From Octopus sinensis (lineage: Eukaryota), in assembly GCF_006345805.1 (NCBI RefSeq), contig NC_043008.1, positions 14,818,001-14,882,000 on the forward strand: 64,000 nucleotides of DNA, given 5' to 3'. Below are positions 1-11,652 of the stretch, piece by piece; the first letter of the stretch is position 1; every line of letters begins with the position of its first letter. The notes below the pieces were generated by a model, which worked only from the letters and a program-made list of their open reading frames with translations, ran no database searches and was not told where the DNA came from. Made by a program: the position numbers and the translations under genes.

Positions 1-1101
1 CACATGTAATGCTTATTTATTCACATTCTTTTGAATTTATCATGCATTATCTCCTAGTTTTGAGATTTTGACGATGTGATTGTTTATTTTTAGAATGACA
101 TTGTAGGCCAGGTGTGAGAGACTGGATGTGGCGAGTTTTAGCATAAAACAAGATAGGATATTTGGGTTATATATGGCTTGTCTCACTAGGTGAGACAAGC
201 TGACACTGAATTAGCTTTGCTGACTGACAGGTGACAGTCATTTAGAGAATGCGTGGGCTAAGACAACATGTCTTCATTGGTCAGTTAAAGTTGAGACAGT
301 GTCATGTGACAACTTGCTGGGGCTGCCTGCTGGAGCCTAGCAGCAGGTATTTAAAGGGAAAAAAATTTGACAAGTCAGTCAGTCACTTGCTGACACTCGT
401 TGATGCTACATCGAAGAGGCCAGGGAACAGAAGAAAGAAGACATGCACCCAACACCAGAGCTGCAGACAAATGGATTCAGGTTCAGTCTCACTGTACAGC
501 ACCTTCAACAAGCATTCTCTGCTATGGCTCTTGGATGACTAATGCCTTGTAAGTGAACTGTGTGGAAGACTGTTGTGCGTGTCTGTGCATGTGTAACTCT
601 GCATGTATCTATGTGTCTGTGCATATGTATCTCTGCATGTGTGTGTGTCTTTGTGGCCAACTGCTTGGCAACTGGTGTTTGTTTTGGCTCTTGTAACTTA
701 GCAGTTTGGTAAAAGAGACTGACAGAATAAGTACCAAACTTTAAAAAACCCTAAGTACTGGGATTAATCTGTTTGACTAAACCCTTCAAAGCGGTGCCCC
801 AGCATGACCCCTCCAGTCAAATGACTGAAACAAGTACAAGATAATAGGGAAGTCGTCGCCAGTGCAGGTGGCACGTAAAAAGCACCATTTGGGCGTGGCC
901 GTTGCCAGTACCACCAAACTGGCCCTCGTGCCGGTGGCACATAAAGGCACCCACTACACTCTTGGAGTGGTTGGTGTTAGGAAGGGCAATCAGCTGTAGA
1001 AACTCTGCCAGGTGAGATTGGAGTCTGGTTCGCCAGACCTTAGTCAAAACCCATGCTAGCATGGAAAGCGGACGCTAAATGGTGATGATGATGATGGTTC
1101 A

Positions 1102-1498
1102 TCTTTATATATAAAAGTAAGGTTGTGTGCTGTCTGTCTCCTACGATTTAGATTCCTAACTACTCCCACATTTTGCGGTGCAGTTTAACCAAAACCGGGT
1201 ATCTTATACTCGTGATTCATATCGAGCCCTTCTGGGTATTAGCGCGTGTCTACGATGAGTCTACGATTTAAAAAAAAATTTACCATCAATTTTTCCCATT
1301 TTTAATGCATTTTTGGCATATATAAGGGAAGTAACTCTCTAAAAATTTATTATTAAATCTCAGAACGTAAAAAGCTACAGTAACACCCTCTCCTTTGTGG
1401 TTAGCCATATTGAGATGGCTATTATACTTTACATCTCTAAAAATGCTTATATAGTTATTTCCCTTACAAACCCGAGCAACGCCAGGCAATACTGCTAG
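1102..1498 (+). mobile_element. Non-autonomous Helitron
   Basis: A|TC...CTAG|T termini; 5' TCTTTATATATAAAA; subterminal hairpin CCCGAGCAACGCCAGG at 1471-1486. Confidence 0.85.
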
Positions 1499-1509
1499 TT
1501 TCTTTATAA

Positions 1510-1564
1510 AAAGAGAGAAAAATAAACAAAACACAAACTTTTCTTTTTAGTTTTTTATTTTATT
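1510..1564 (-). terminator. Putative RBM42 polyadenylation signal (two AATAAA) with a GU/U-rich downstream element
   Basis: TTTATT on + at 1554-1559 and 1559-1564; the minus strand continues GTTTGTGTTTTGTTTATTTTT about 20-50 nt downstream. Confidence 0.6.
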
Positions 1565-1685
1565 ATAAACAATATTTACAAGTGACCACATAGCTTTGTC
1601 CCCAAAAAAGTTTAACTGGTGGTGGACAGTCTGCCATTTGATCTCAAACCACAGGAAAAGAACGATGATGTCGCAACGATGCAGT

Positions 1686-1798
1686 TTAACGCAAACCAAG
1701 TCTCTTTTTCTCTTTGTCCTTTTTCCGGACAATTTCGATATTTCTTTCTTTCCAGGAACTTTTCCGAAGCTTGATTGGGCGGTTTCCAACATACTTTC
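1686..1798 (-). CDS. RBM42: RBM42 last coding exon (GKYVGNRPIKLRKSSWKERNIEIVRKKDKEKKRLGLR*)
   Basis: Acceptor TCTCAG| at 1799; phase matches exon 4; the C-terminus KEKKRLGLR is typical of RBM42; TAA at 1686-1688. Confidence 0.96.
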
Positions 1799-3257
1799 CT
1801 GAGAATAAAGGAAAATATCTGATTAAAAAGGTGTTAATTATCATCAATTTAACGGTCGCTTTTATATGCTTGCACGGGTCACATGTAATTTAAAGCAAAA
1901 AAAAAAAAAAAAAAATGCTCCTTTTAGAGTGATACACACTCGTAAGGCCAGTTTCCTGGATTCTCAGGGGTAGATAAAGTGTCTTGCTCAAGAACACAAC
2001 ACACAACCCAGTCGAGTAATTGAACTCACTACCTCTTGATTGTGAGCCCGACACTCTATCCACTGAGCTAGGCATCTTCACACATACACACACATGATGG
2101 GCTTCTTTCAGTTACTGTCTACCAAATCCACTCACAAGGCTCTGGTCAGTCTGAGATATCACGCATTGGAAGTGAACCCAGAACTACGTGGTTGGGAAGC
2201 AAACTTCTTACCACACAGCCACACCTTGTTCAACATGATACTCTACTCTTTCACATGTTTCAGTCATGTGGTTGTGGCCATGCTGGAGCACCGCCTTTAG
2301 TCAAGCAAATTGACCCCAGGACTTATTCTAAACACACCAGCATCAGTTGTCAAGCGATGTTGGCGGGACAAAGACAGACACACAAGCACATACATATATG
2401 CATATACATACATATACAACAGGCTTCTTTCAGTTTCTGCCTACCAAATCCACTCACAAGGCTTTGGTTGGCCTGAAGCTATAGTAGAAGACACGTGCCC
2501 AAGGTTCCACACAGTGGGACTGCACCCGGAACCATGTGGTTGTTAAACAAACTACTTACCACAGAGCCACTCCTATGCATGTTGATTATATTTACATCCG
2601 ATCGTGGCTGTTTGCCAGCCTCGTCTGGCACGTAAAAAGCACCCACTACACTCACGGAGTGGTTGGCGTTAGGAAGGGCATCCAGCCATAGAAACATTGC
2701 CAGATCAGACTGGAGTTTGGTGCAGCCTCCTGGCTTCCCAGACCCCAGTTGAACCGTCCAACCCATGCTAGCATGGAAAGCGGACACTAAACGATGATGA
2801 TGATCTTGAAATAAAGAAAGTAATAAATATGTGAGCATACAATTTGGTGGGAAAGGTAACAAGTAAGCAAGGCTGGGCAAATACAAAGGAGTATAGCTAA
2901 GGGACCCAGCTAAAAGATTTTCTTTCCAGAAAGGTTACACACCAAGGCCCATAACTCAAGAAATTGTAAAGTCGATTGCATTGTCTCCAGTTTTCAACTA
3001 ATACTAATTTTATTGATCCAGAAAGGACTACCAAGGCCAGAGGCCACTTCAGGTTCCATAGTCTGTTTTGGTTTGGTGTCTATGGTTGGATGCCCTTCCT
3101 AATGCCAACCACTGCACAGAGTGTACTGGGTGCTTTTTATGTTAACACCATCACCAGTGCTTTCCAAGTGGCATTTTTGCTTAAGTTTGATTGTCAACAT
3201 TTCCTATCAGTGTTTTGTTGGTAATATATATGTATATATATAGAAATATATATATAA

Positions 3258-3557
3258 TCACCGTGACCGACCAAGCTATCTGATGTTGCTACACACCGCT
3301 GGTCACAATGTGCTTCGCATTATTTTAGCCTTCAAATGACGCGACCCTGCTGGCAAAGCAAGCAGGCCAACAGAAGAAAGAGTGAGAGAAAGTTGTGGTG
3401 AAAGAGTACAGCAGGGATCACCACCACTCCTTGCTAGAGACTCGTGGAGCTTTAGGTGTTTTCACTCAATAAACACTCACAACGCCTGGTCTGGGAATCA
3501 AAATCGTGATCCTACGACCGCGAGTCCGCTGCCCTAACCACTGGGCCATTGTGCCTC

Positions 3558-3558
<1 letters not shown>
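3258..3558 (-). mobile_element. tRNA-headed SINE family D
   Basis: Head GGCACAATGGCCCAGTGGTTAGGGCAGCGGACTCGCGGTCG; copies at 30980-31270 (-), 41285-41580 (+), 57089-57290 (+). Confidence 0.8.
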
Positions 3559-3589
<31 letters not shown>

Positions 3590-4498
3590 CATACAAAATT
3601 TAGGGGACTGACCACTAATACTGGACAGCCTGTATGCAAGAAATAGACGTCAAAATCGCCATTTTCCACGAAGAATGTGTTCTCAAGAAAAAATTCAGCA
3701 AAAAACCGAAGTGTAAAAATAAGCAAGACAAATTAAAATATACAAAATATATATATACATATACATATATATATATGCATATATATACACACACACATAG
3801 AAATAAAAACAGTTAAAAACTAATACGCATTTTGAGTTTTTAAATGTTTCTTTTATTTCGGTATTGTTGCGTATAGGGAGGGTCATTAGGCCAACACACA
3901 CACACTGGTTCAGTATCACTTTTTTTGTTTTACCAACTAACTATCCAATGGTTTGTTTAATCAATCAGTTGTTAGTTTTCTCCGTCAGAGTTCTTTTGTT
4001 GCTATTTGCAACCACATCAATGACATCCTTATGCTTGAACAGAGACAAAAGGACTCTCATCATCATCATCATCATCATCATCGTTTAACGTCCGTTTTCT
4101 ATGCTAGCATGGGTTGGACTGATCTGGCAGTGTTTCTACAGCTGGATGCCCTTCCTAACACCAACCACTCTAACAAACATTAAAAAAACTAACACCTGAG
4201 TGATTGTTCAATCAACACATTAAACAAAGCTTTGGATGGTTAGTTGATAAAATAAAGAAGTGATATTGCATCAGTGTATGTGTTGAACTTTTGTTGGCGA
4301 AATGACCCACCCTAGAGATTCATTTCAACACATGAATTCACATCAGGAGACTCTTGCAAACCAAATACAAAAGTGTTTAAACTTTTTTTTTCCCCCTTAA
4401 CCCTTTAGATTTTAAACGGCTGTGAAACTTATTCCAGCCATAAAACAACAGGTTGTGCACCAGTTGTATTAATAACAAGGCAAAAGTCTTCTACTTAC

Positions 4499-4693
4499 CA
4501 TTCATCTCCCGCATGGCTCTGACAAAGTCGTTGGGGTCTTTGAAGCTGACAAACCCATAGCCTTTGGTCTTATTGCTCCTTTTGTCTCGGACAACTTTAG
4601 CCTTAACGAAGGATGCGAATTTCGAAAACGCTCTCGTCAAAATCTCATCAGTGACCTCGTTGCCCAAATCGCCACAAAATATCCGAAAATCAT
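4499..4693 (-). CDS. RBM42: RBM42 coding exon 4, RRM domain
   Basis: TGCAG|AT GAT TTT; DDFRIFCGDLGNEV...KTKGYGFVSFKDP..VRAMREMN (RNP2/RNP1), near-identical to human RBM42 as I recall it; donor G|GTAAGT at 4498; 195 nt. Confidence 0.97.
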
Positions 4694-5879
4694 CTGCAGA
4701 AGAAACAAAATTGTTAATTAACCATAAATAAACGTACCTGTTTGTTTGTCTACAAGTATTAAGGTTGTTCATGATATTTTTAATGTAAGGCGAAACAGCT
4801 CAATTAGTCCCGTTTATATACTTACTATACAGATTACATATATTATGACAGACTTTGATACCATGTGAACTGAGAAGGCTGCACCAGGCTCCAGTCTGAT
4901 CTGGCAGTGTTTCTATAGTTGGATGCCCTTCCTAATGCCAACTACTCCGTGAGTGTAGTGGGTGCTTTTTATGTGCCACCTGCACAGGTGCCAGGCGAGG
5001 CTGGCAACGGCCACGATCGAATTGGTGCATTTTACGTGCCACCAGCACGGAAGCCAGTCTAGGCGGCGCTGGCATCGGCCACGTTCAGATGGTGCTTTTA
5101 TGTGCCACCGTCTCAGGGATCACAACTGCAGTTTATATACGGAAAGTAAATTTGTAGCTCCACTCTTCTGGAGCTACTTGAAATGTTAACCCCTTCACAA
5201 CGGTTGATGCAAATATGCGATCACACTTTTGCTTGCCTACCCGCGGTTAACGTAAATATACGATGTCGAGCTGCCCTACATCTATCACGGACTTTTTAAC
5301 GGCTGATGTATGTTTACGTTCGCTGTCGTGTGCTTTATCTCTTGAGGTGCGCGCACTCGCCGTCCCATGCATTATCTTAGCAATTTTAAGGTTACGTTCA
5401 AATCATGAGACTAGCAGGAGACCAATGACTTGCGGATACTTTACATGCATAATACCGTGTTTTGAGTTGTACCACACGCAAGCTATTTTCTGAACTTGGG
5501 CAGAATAACTCGTGTATATCATATTATTATAAATAGATTCACATAGTTCGTTTTCAGAAACTGGTAGACGCAAATGTACGACGCTATATTATTGTAACGG
5601 TGAACGTAAATAGATGCGAGCTATATATATATATATATATATATATATTTCTTTATTGCCCACAAGGGGCTAAACATAGAGGGGACAAACAAGGACAGAC
5701 AAAGGGATAAAGTCGATTACAACGACTCCAGTACGTAACTGGTACTTATTTAATCGACCCTGAAAGGATGAAAGGCAAAGTCGACCTCAGCGGAATTTGA
5801 ACTCACAACGTAACGGCAGACGAAATACGGCTACGCATTTCGCCCGGCACGCTAACGTTTCTGCCAGCTCGCCGCCTAA

Positions 5880-6004
5880 AAGCCAATTTCAACGGATTTA
5901 GCCCAAATTTGACGTTGATGTTACTCAGTTTGGTTTGAAATAAAGAACTTGATTAGCTTAATAATCCTAACTTAATCCCGGGCAAAGCCGGGTTTTACTG
6001 CTAG
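5880..6004 (+). mobile_element. Helitron 3' end
   Basis: CCCGGGCAAAGCCGGG hairpin followed by CTAG|T at 6001-6005; 5' boundary uncertain. Confidence 0.65.
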
Positions 6005-6610
6005 TATATTTATATATATTAGCTGTGTGACCAAGGTATTAGTCTGTTGACTACAAGCTCAAGATTTGAAACCTACTTACATCTTGTATTTAGCTTCTTG
6101 CAGTAAGGTGCATAACTCTGTTTACATTCAAAACAGGTTTTTGCCATTACATTGACAACTCTCTTTTACTTGTTTCAGTCATTTGACTGTGGCCATGCTG
6201 GAGCACCGCCTTTAGTCGAGCAACTCAACCCCAGGACTTATTCTTTTGTAAGCCCAGTACTTATTCTATTGGTCTCTTTTGCTGAACCGCTAAGTAACGG
6301 GGACATAAACACACCAGCATCGGTTGTCAAGCAATGCTAGGGGGACAAACACAGACACACAAACACACACACGCATATATATATATATACATATATAAAA
6401 CGGGCTTCTTTTAGTTTCCGTCTACCAAATCCACTCACAAGGCTTTGGTTGGCCTGAGGCTATAGTAGAAAACACTTGCCCAAGGTGCCACGCAGTGGGA
6501 CTGAACCCAGAACCATGTGGTTGGTAAACAAGCTACTTACCACACAGCCACTCCTGCATATATATATATATATATATATGTATTGCAGTCAAGAAAGTTA
6601 ATTTCAAATG

Positions 6611-6712
6611 CAGTAATCCCTTGACAATCATGGGTGGTACGTTCCAAAAACCCCACCCTGATAGGTGAAAATCCACCAAGTAGAAACAGTACTATACTGT
6701 AATTTTTTTTTT
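6611..6712 (+). mobile_element. pogo/Tigger-like MITE terminal fragment
   Basis: CAGTAATCCCTTGAC...GTTCCAAAAACCCC...GATAGGTGAAAATCC resembles Tigger-type TIRs (from memory). Confidence 0.45.
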
Positions 6713-6797
6713 ATTATTTTAAAATTTGCATATTTTACCTTTTCTCCCAATACGTTGAAGTTGTTGTTTTAGACATGTTTTAGAGAAAATGTATTTT

Positions 6798-7033
6798 AAG
6801 GGCGGCGAGCTGGAAGAATCATTAGCACGCCAGGCGAAATGCTTAGCAGTATTTCATCTGCCGCTATGTTCTGAGTTCAAATTCCGCCGAGGTCGACTTT
6901 GCCTTTCATCCTTTCGGGGTCGATTAAATAAGTACCAGTTACACACTGGGGTCGATATAATCGACTTAATCCGTTTGTCTGTCCTTGTTTGTCCCCACTA
7001 TGTTTAGCCCCTTGTGGGTAGTAAAGAAATAGC
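6798..7033 (+). mobile_element. tRNA-derived SINE family B (about 235 bp), about 20 copies
   Basis: B box GAGTTCAAATTCC; central GCCTTTCATCCTTTCGGGGTCGAT..AAGTACCAG (Deu/Nin-like, inference). Copies include 5647-5877, 11335-11570, 13386-13620, 25078-25310, 29840-30070, 31752-31980, 33268-33610, 34880-35116, 62938-63355. Confidence 0.9.
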
Positions 7034-7070
7034 TAGAGAAAATGTGTGAATACCAAAAATAATTCCTTAC

Positions 7071-7811
7071 CAGTTCCCCATTCAGTTAAGGTAGCATCTT
7101 CCCAAATTTGACCAGCAGCCGTTCGAATGAATTTTCTTTTCTTCTCCTTTTTGTCTTTCTTCTGTTGCACCGTCAGGTCATTATCATTCGACATCTCCAT
7201 CGATGTTTTCTCGTCTTCTGCTGAGTTGTCGGCAGGGGTCGCCTGGGAACTGTCGGCCATCTGATAAGAGGCTACGGCCACCGTTGAGGACGTAGTAGTT
7301 TGGACTGAGGACATGTTGCTGGCACCGTGTGGCACACTCAAAGACGAGCTGTGCGGTTGTTTATTGCCCTCAGGTTTTTTGCCTTTACTTGTGGGGGGAG
7401 CTGAATAAATGACTTGGGGTTTTTCAATGTTGACCATTTGGGGCAACACATTGTCTGGCTTAGGGCCCGTGTCAAGGGAATGAGGTGGGTACATAGTCCC
7501 CGGAGGAGGAGGACCTATGAAAGGTCGTTGTTGAGACATCATCATTGGGTTTGGCATGGGTGGAGGGTTGTTACCGGTCATGTTGCCCATCATAGGTGGC
7601 CTGGGTGGAGGGGGTTGGAATGGTGGCATGCCACCCGGCCTGGGGGGCATGTGCATAGGGTGTCGCACTGGCATCGGGGGACGATGTCGCAGCTGATGGG
7701 GCAAAAAGGCAGGAGCAGGCCGAGGCATGGGTGGCGGGTGAGGGGGCGGCGGCGGTGGTCTTGTGAAATGCATTTGTGGGGGACCTGGTGGTGGTGGAGG
7801 TGGTGGCGGAG
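7071..7811 (-). CDS. RBM42: RBM42 coding exon 3, proline-rich region to KKRKFIRTAAGQIWEDATLTEWG
   Basis: Poly-T tract then AG (7812-7813; alternative in-frame AG gives a start at 7820); donor G|GTAAGG at 7070; IRTAAG..WED..L.EW is the pre-RRM motif of RBM42. Confidence 0.92.
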
Positions 7812-7820
7812 CTGACAAAA

Positions 7821-7853
<33 letters not shown>

Positions 7854-8436
7854 AACAGAAATGAGACACGTTTTAAAAGGAAGTGACACTATTTGCATTT
7901 ATTCTTTTATTTATTTCAATCAATTTGACTGTGGCCATGCTGGAGCACAATAATTTTGGAACAACATTTCATGGAATAAAATTATCTGAGAGACATACAA
8001 CTTCTGCAGAATTGCCATTTAATTCTAACATGACACAATCATCATGACAACTAAAACCAAACCACATTTCACGGACCACACAGCATATACAATGCAAAAC
8101 ACATCACCCAACAACAAAACCAGACAACTGATACACAAACTGATACATCAAACCCATGCCAGCATGGAAAAACGGACGTTAAACGATGATGATGATGATG
8201 AGGAGGAGGATTAAAGGTGAAGTTTATCCTTGTAGAATAAGAATTCAAAATGTATGCTTCTTCCTAATACAAAATATCTAACTCAAGATTCTTAGAAAGT
8301 TATTGAGCAACTTACAGAAAGGGAATCGGGCTTGTTATGAATATGATTAACAGATCGAACACCAAGGAAGAAATTAATGTAAACAAAAGGAGCGAAAGAG
8401 CGACCCTTTCTAATGGATGTGTAAGTTTTAATAAGA

Positions 8437-9372
8437 CCTATTTCTTTACTATCCACAAGGGGCTAAACACAGAGAGGACAAACAAGGACAGACAAACGGA
8501 TTAAGTCGATTACATTGACCCCAGTGCGTAACTGGTACTTAATTTATAGGATGAAAGGCAAAGTCGACCTTGGCGGAATTTGAACTGAGAACGTAATGGC
8601 AGATGAAAATACCTATTTCTTTACTACTCACAAGGGGCTAAACACAGAGAGGACAAACAAGGACAGACAAATGGATTAAGTCGATTACATTGACCCCAGT
8701 GCGTAACTGGTACTTAATTTATAGGATGAAAGGCAAAGTCGACCTTGGCGGAATTTGAACTCAGAACGTAATGGCAGATGAAAATACCTATTTCTTTACT
8801 ACTCACAAGGGACTAAACACAGAGAGGACAAACAAGGACAGACAAATGGATTAAGTCGATTACATTGACCCCAGTGCGTAACTGGTACTTAATTTATAGG
8901 ATGAAAGGCAAAGTCGACCTTGGCGGAATTTGAACTCAGAACGTAATGGCAGATGAAAATACCTATTTCTTTACTACTCACAAGGGACTAAACACAGAGA
9001 GGACAAACAAGGACAGACAAACGGATTAAGTTGACTATTGATCCAAGTGCGTAACTGGTACATATTTAATCGACCCCGAAAGGATGAAAGGGAAAGTCGA
9101 CCTCGGCAGAACTTGAACTCAGAACATAGAGGCAGACGAAATATCTATTTCTTTATTGCCCACAAGGGGCTAAACATAGAGGGGACAAACAAGGACAGAC
9201 AAACGGATTAAGTTGACTATTGATCCAAGTGCGTAACTGGTACTTAATTTATCGACCCTGAAAGGATGAAAGGCAAAGCCGACCTCGGCGGAACTTGAAC
9301 TCAGAACGTAGAGGCAGACGAAATATCGCTAAGCATTTCGTCTGGTATGCTAACGTTTCTCTCAGGTCGCCG
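8437..9372 (-). repeat. Head-to-tail array of five SINE-B units
   Basis: Unit starts at 8437, 8612, 8787, 8962, 9144 (periods 175, 175, 175, 182). Confidence 0.92.
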
Positions 9373-9707
9373 GAAAGTATGAGCGAGACGTAACTCCTGA
9401 CCCATGTTAGTGGGCAAGTATCTACATTGGAACATGACAGCCAGTCTAACCCATGCTAGCATAAAAAGTCATCATTTAATATCAGTCTTCCATGGTGGTA
9501 CAGGTCTGGCAGGAGATGGTAAGCCTGAGGACAGCACCAAGCTCCACTGTGCCATGGTTTATAAAACAGAATGCCCTTCCTAATACCAACCCCTTCACAG
9601 AGTGGTCTTGGTGCTTTTTATGTGGCAAGAAACAGGTGTAAAATGATGAGCAAGGTTACATATGACCAAAACAGAATTCTACGTAAACGTTAATCAAATT
9701 GACAAAC

Positions 9708-9931
9708 CTGATAAAGGTATTTCCATGGAACTCCGAGTGATATGTGAAGATGGTGGTTGATGGCACTTATCCATAACCATTCTGGGAGCTGGACTGACAG
9801 GAAATTCTTCCCCTGGATGTCGAGCCAACTTCAGCTGGGCTTGAACCTTTGTGTAAGTGTTTGAACCGATGATCATCCTTGGAATATCATTTTCATCTTC
9901 ATTGGAAGGGACAAGAATCTCCTGCTCAAAC
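9708..9931 (-). CDS. RBM42: RBM42 coding exon 2 (FEQEILVPSNEDENDIPRMIIGSNTYTKVQAQL...)
   Basis: Acceptor AAG| at 9932, donor CAG|GTTTGT at 9707; 224 nt; FEQE(I/V)L and II(G/A)(S/T)NTY motifs resemble vertebrate RBM42. Confidence 0.88.
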
Positions 9932-10190
9932 CTTTCAGAGACAAAAACAACAAAACAAAAATATAACAAAAGAAAAAAATTAGGAAAGCAATTCAACAAT
10001 TTTTTTTAAAAAATAGATAAGCGCAGGAGTGGCTGTGTGGTAAGTAGCTTGTTTACTAACCACATGGTTCCGGGTTCAGTCCCACTGCGTGACACCCTGG
10101 GCGAGTGTCTTTTACTATAGCCTCGGGCCGACCAATGCCTTGTGAGTGGATTTGGTAGACGGAAACTGAAAGAAGCCCGTCGTATATATA

Positions 10191-10242
<52 letters not shown>

Positions 10243-11607
10243 GCGTGTGTGTGTTTGTGTGTCTGTGTTTGTCCCCCTAGCATTGCTTGACAACCGATGC
10301 TGGTGTGTTTATGTCCCCGTTACTTAGCGGTTCGGCAAAAGAGACCGATAGAATAAGTACTGGGCTTACAAAAGAATAAGTCCTGGGGTCGAGTTGCTCG
10401 ATTAAAGGCGGTGCTCCAGCATGGTTGCAGTCAAATGACTGAAACAAGTAAAAGAGTAAGAGTAATAAGGTCCCTCAAGCAGGTAGAGTTGTCCTGTCTC
10501 AAATAATATATCAGTAATACGGGGTGGACAAAAAATCATGCTCAAAGTTCAATATGCTCCAGAATGGTCAGACATGCCTCAGCTTTTCTAAAATTGAATA
10601 AAACTGCCTGGCTCCAGTGCCGGTGGCATGTAAAAAGCACCAACCGATCGTGGCCGTTGCCAACCTCGCCTGGCCCCTGTGCCGGTGGCACGTAAAAAAC
10701 ACCCACTACACTCACGGAGTGGTTGGCGTTAGGAAGGGGAATCCAGCTGTAGAAACACTGCCGATCAGACTGGAGTCTGGTGCTGCAGCCTTCTGGCTTG
10801 CCAGACCCCAGTCAAACCGTCCAACCCATGCCAGCATGGAAAACAGACGTTAAACGATGATGATGATGAACTTTTCTAGAATTGAATAAAATAAATAAAA
10901 TAATGATGGATACACTCGTACTTGGACATGGTGGACAAAATGAATAATAATAATCCTTTCTACTTTAAATTAACATGAAATTTTGAGGTAAAGTTTCAAT
11001 TTAGGTCACTTTAAAACAGAAAGTTTGTATCATGGAACCAAGGACGGTCTCAGGCAGGTTGGTGCCAAAAGGGTGGAGCAAAGTTAATGGTCTTTGTATG
11101 TTTCTGAAAGGCTAACATGTGTCTTCCATACTGCAACTGCTTACGTTTCAACACCTGATCTCAGATCATACATAAAGACATCATGTCTTTATACAGTCGT
11201 TAACCCTTGGGCTGAATACTTGGAACCATATGGTTACAGGTTCAGTCACACTGCGTGCCATCTTAGACATGTTACTTCTACTACAGCACTGGGCTGACCA
11301 AAGGCTTGTGAGTGGATTTGATAGACAGAAACTCAAAGGCGGTGAGCTGGCAGAAGCATTAGTATGACAGGCAAAATGCTTAGCGGTATTTTGTCTGCCA
11401 TTATGTTCTGAGTTCAAATTCTGCACAGGTTGACTTTGACTTTCATCCTTTCGGGGTTGATAAATTAAGTACCAGTTATGCACTAGGGTCAATGTAATCG
11501 ACTTAATCCGTTTGTCTGTCTTTGTTTGTCCCCTCTATGTTTTGCCCCTTGTGGGCAATAAAGAAATAAGAAACTCAAAGAAACCTTCATATATATATAT
11601 GTGTGTA

Positions 11608-11652
<45 letters not shown>

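Noticed and set aside
3480-3558. tRNA-like heads (also 41285, 57089, 16307)
   Set aside because: They have A/B boxes but no complete cloverleaf and continue into SINE bodies; these are SINE heads, not tRNA genes.
7414-7815. 133-aa plus-strand ORF
   Set aside because: Antisense shadow of the Pro-rich RBM42 exon 3.
8437-9372. Regular repeats suggestive of a CRISPR array
   Set aside because: Whole 175-bp units repeat with no unique spacers; eukaryotic SINE sequence; no cas genes.
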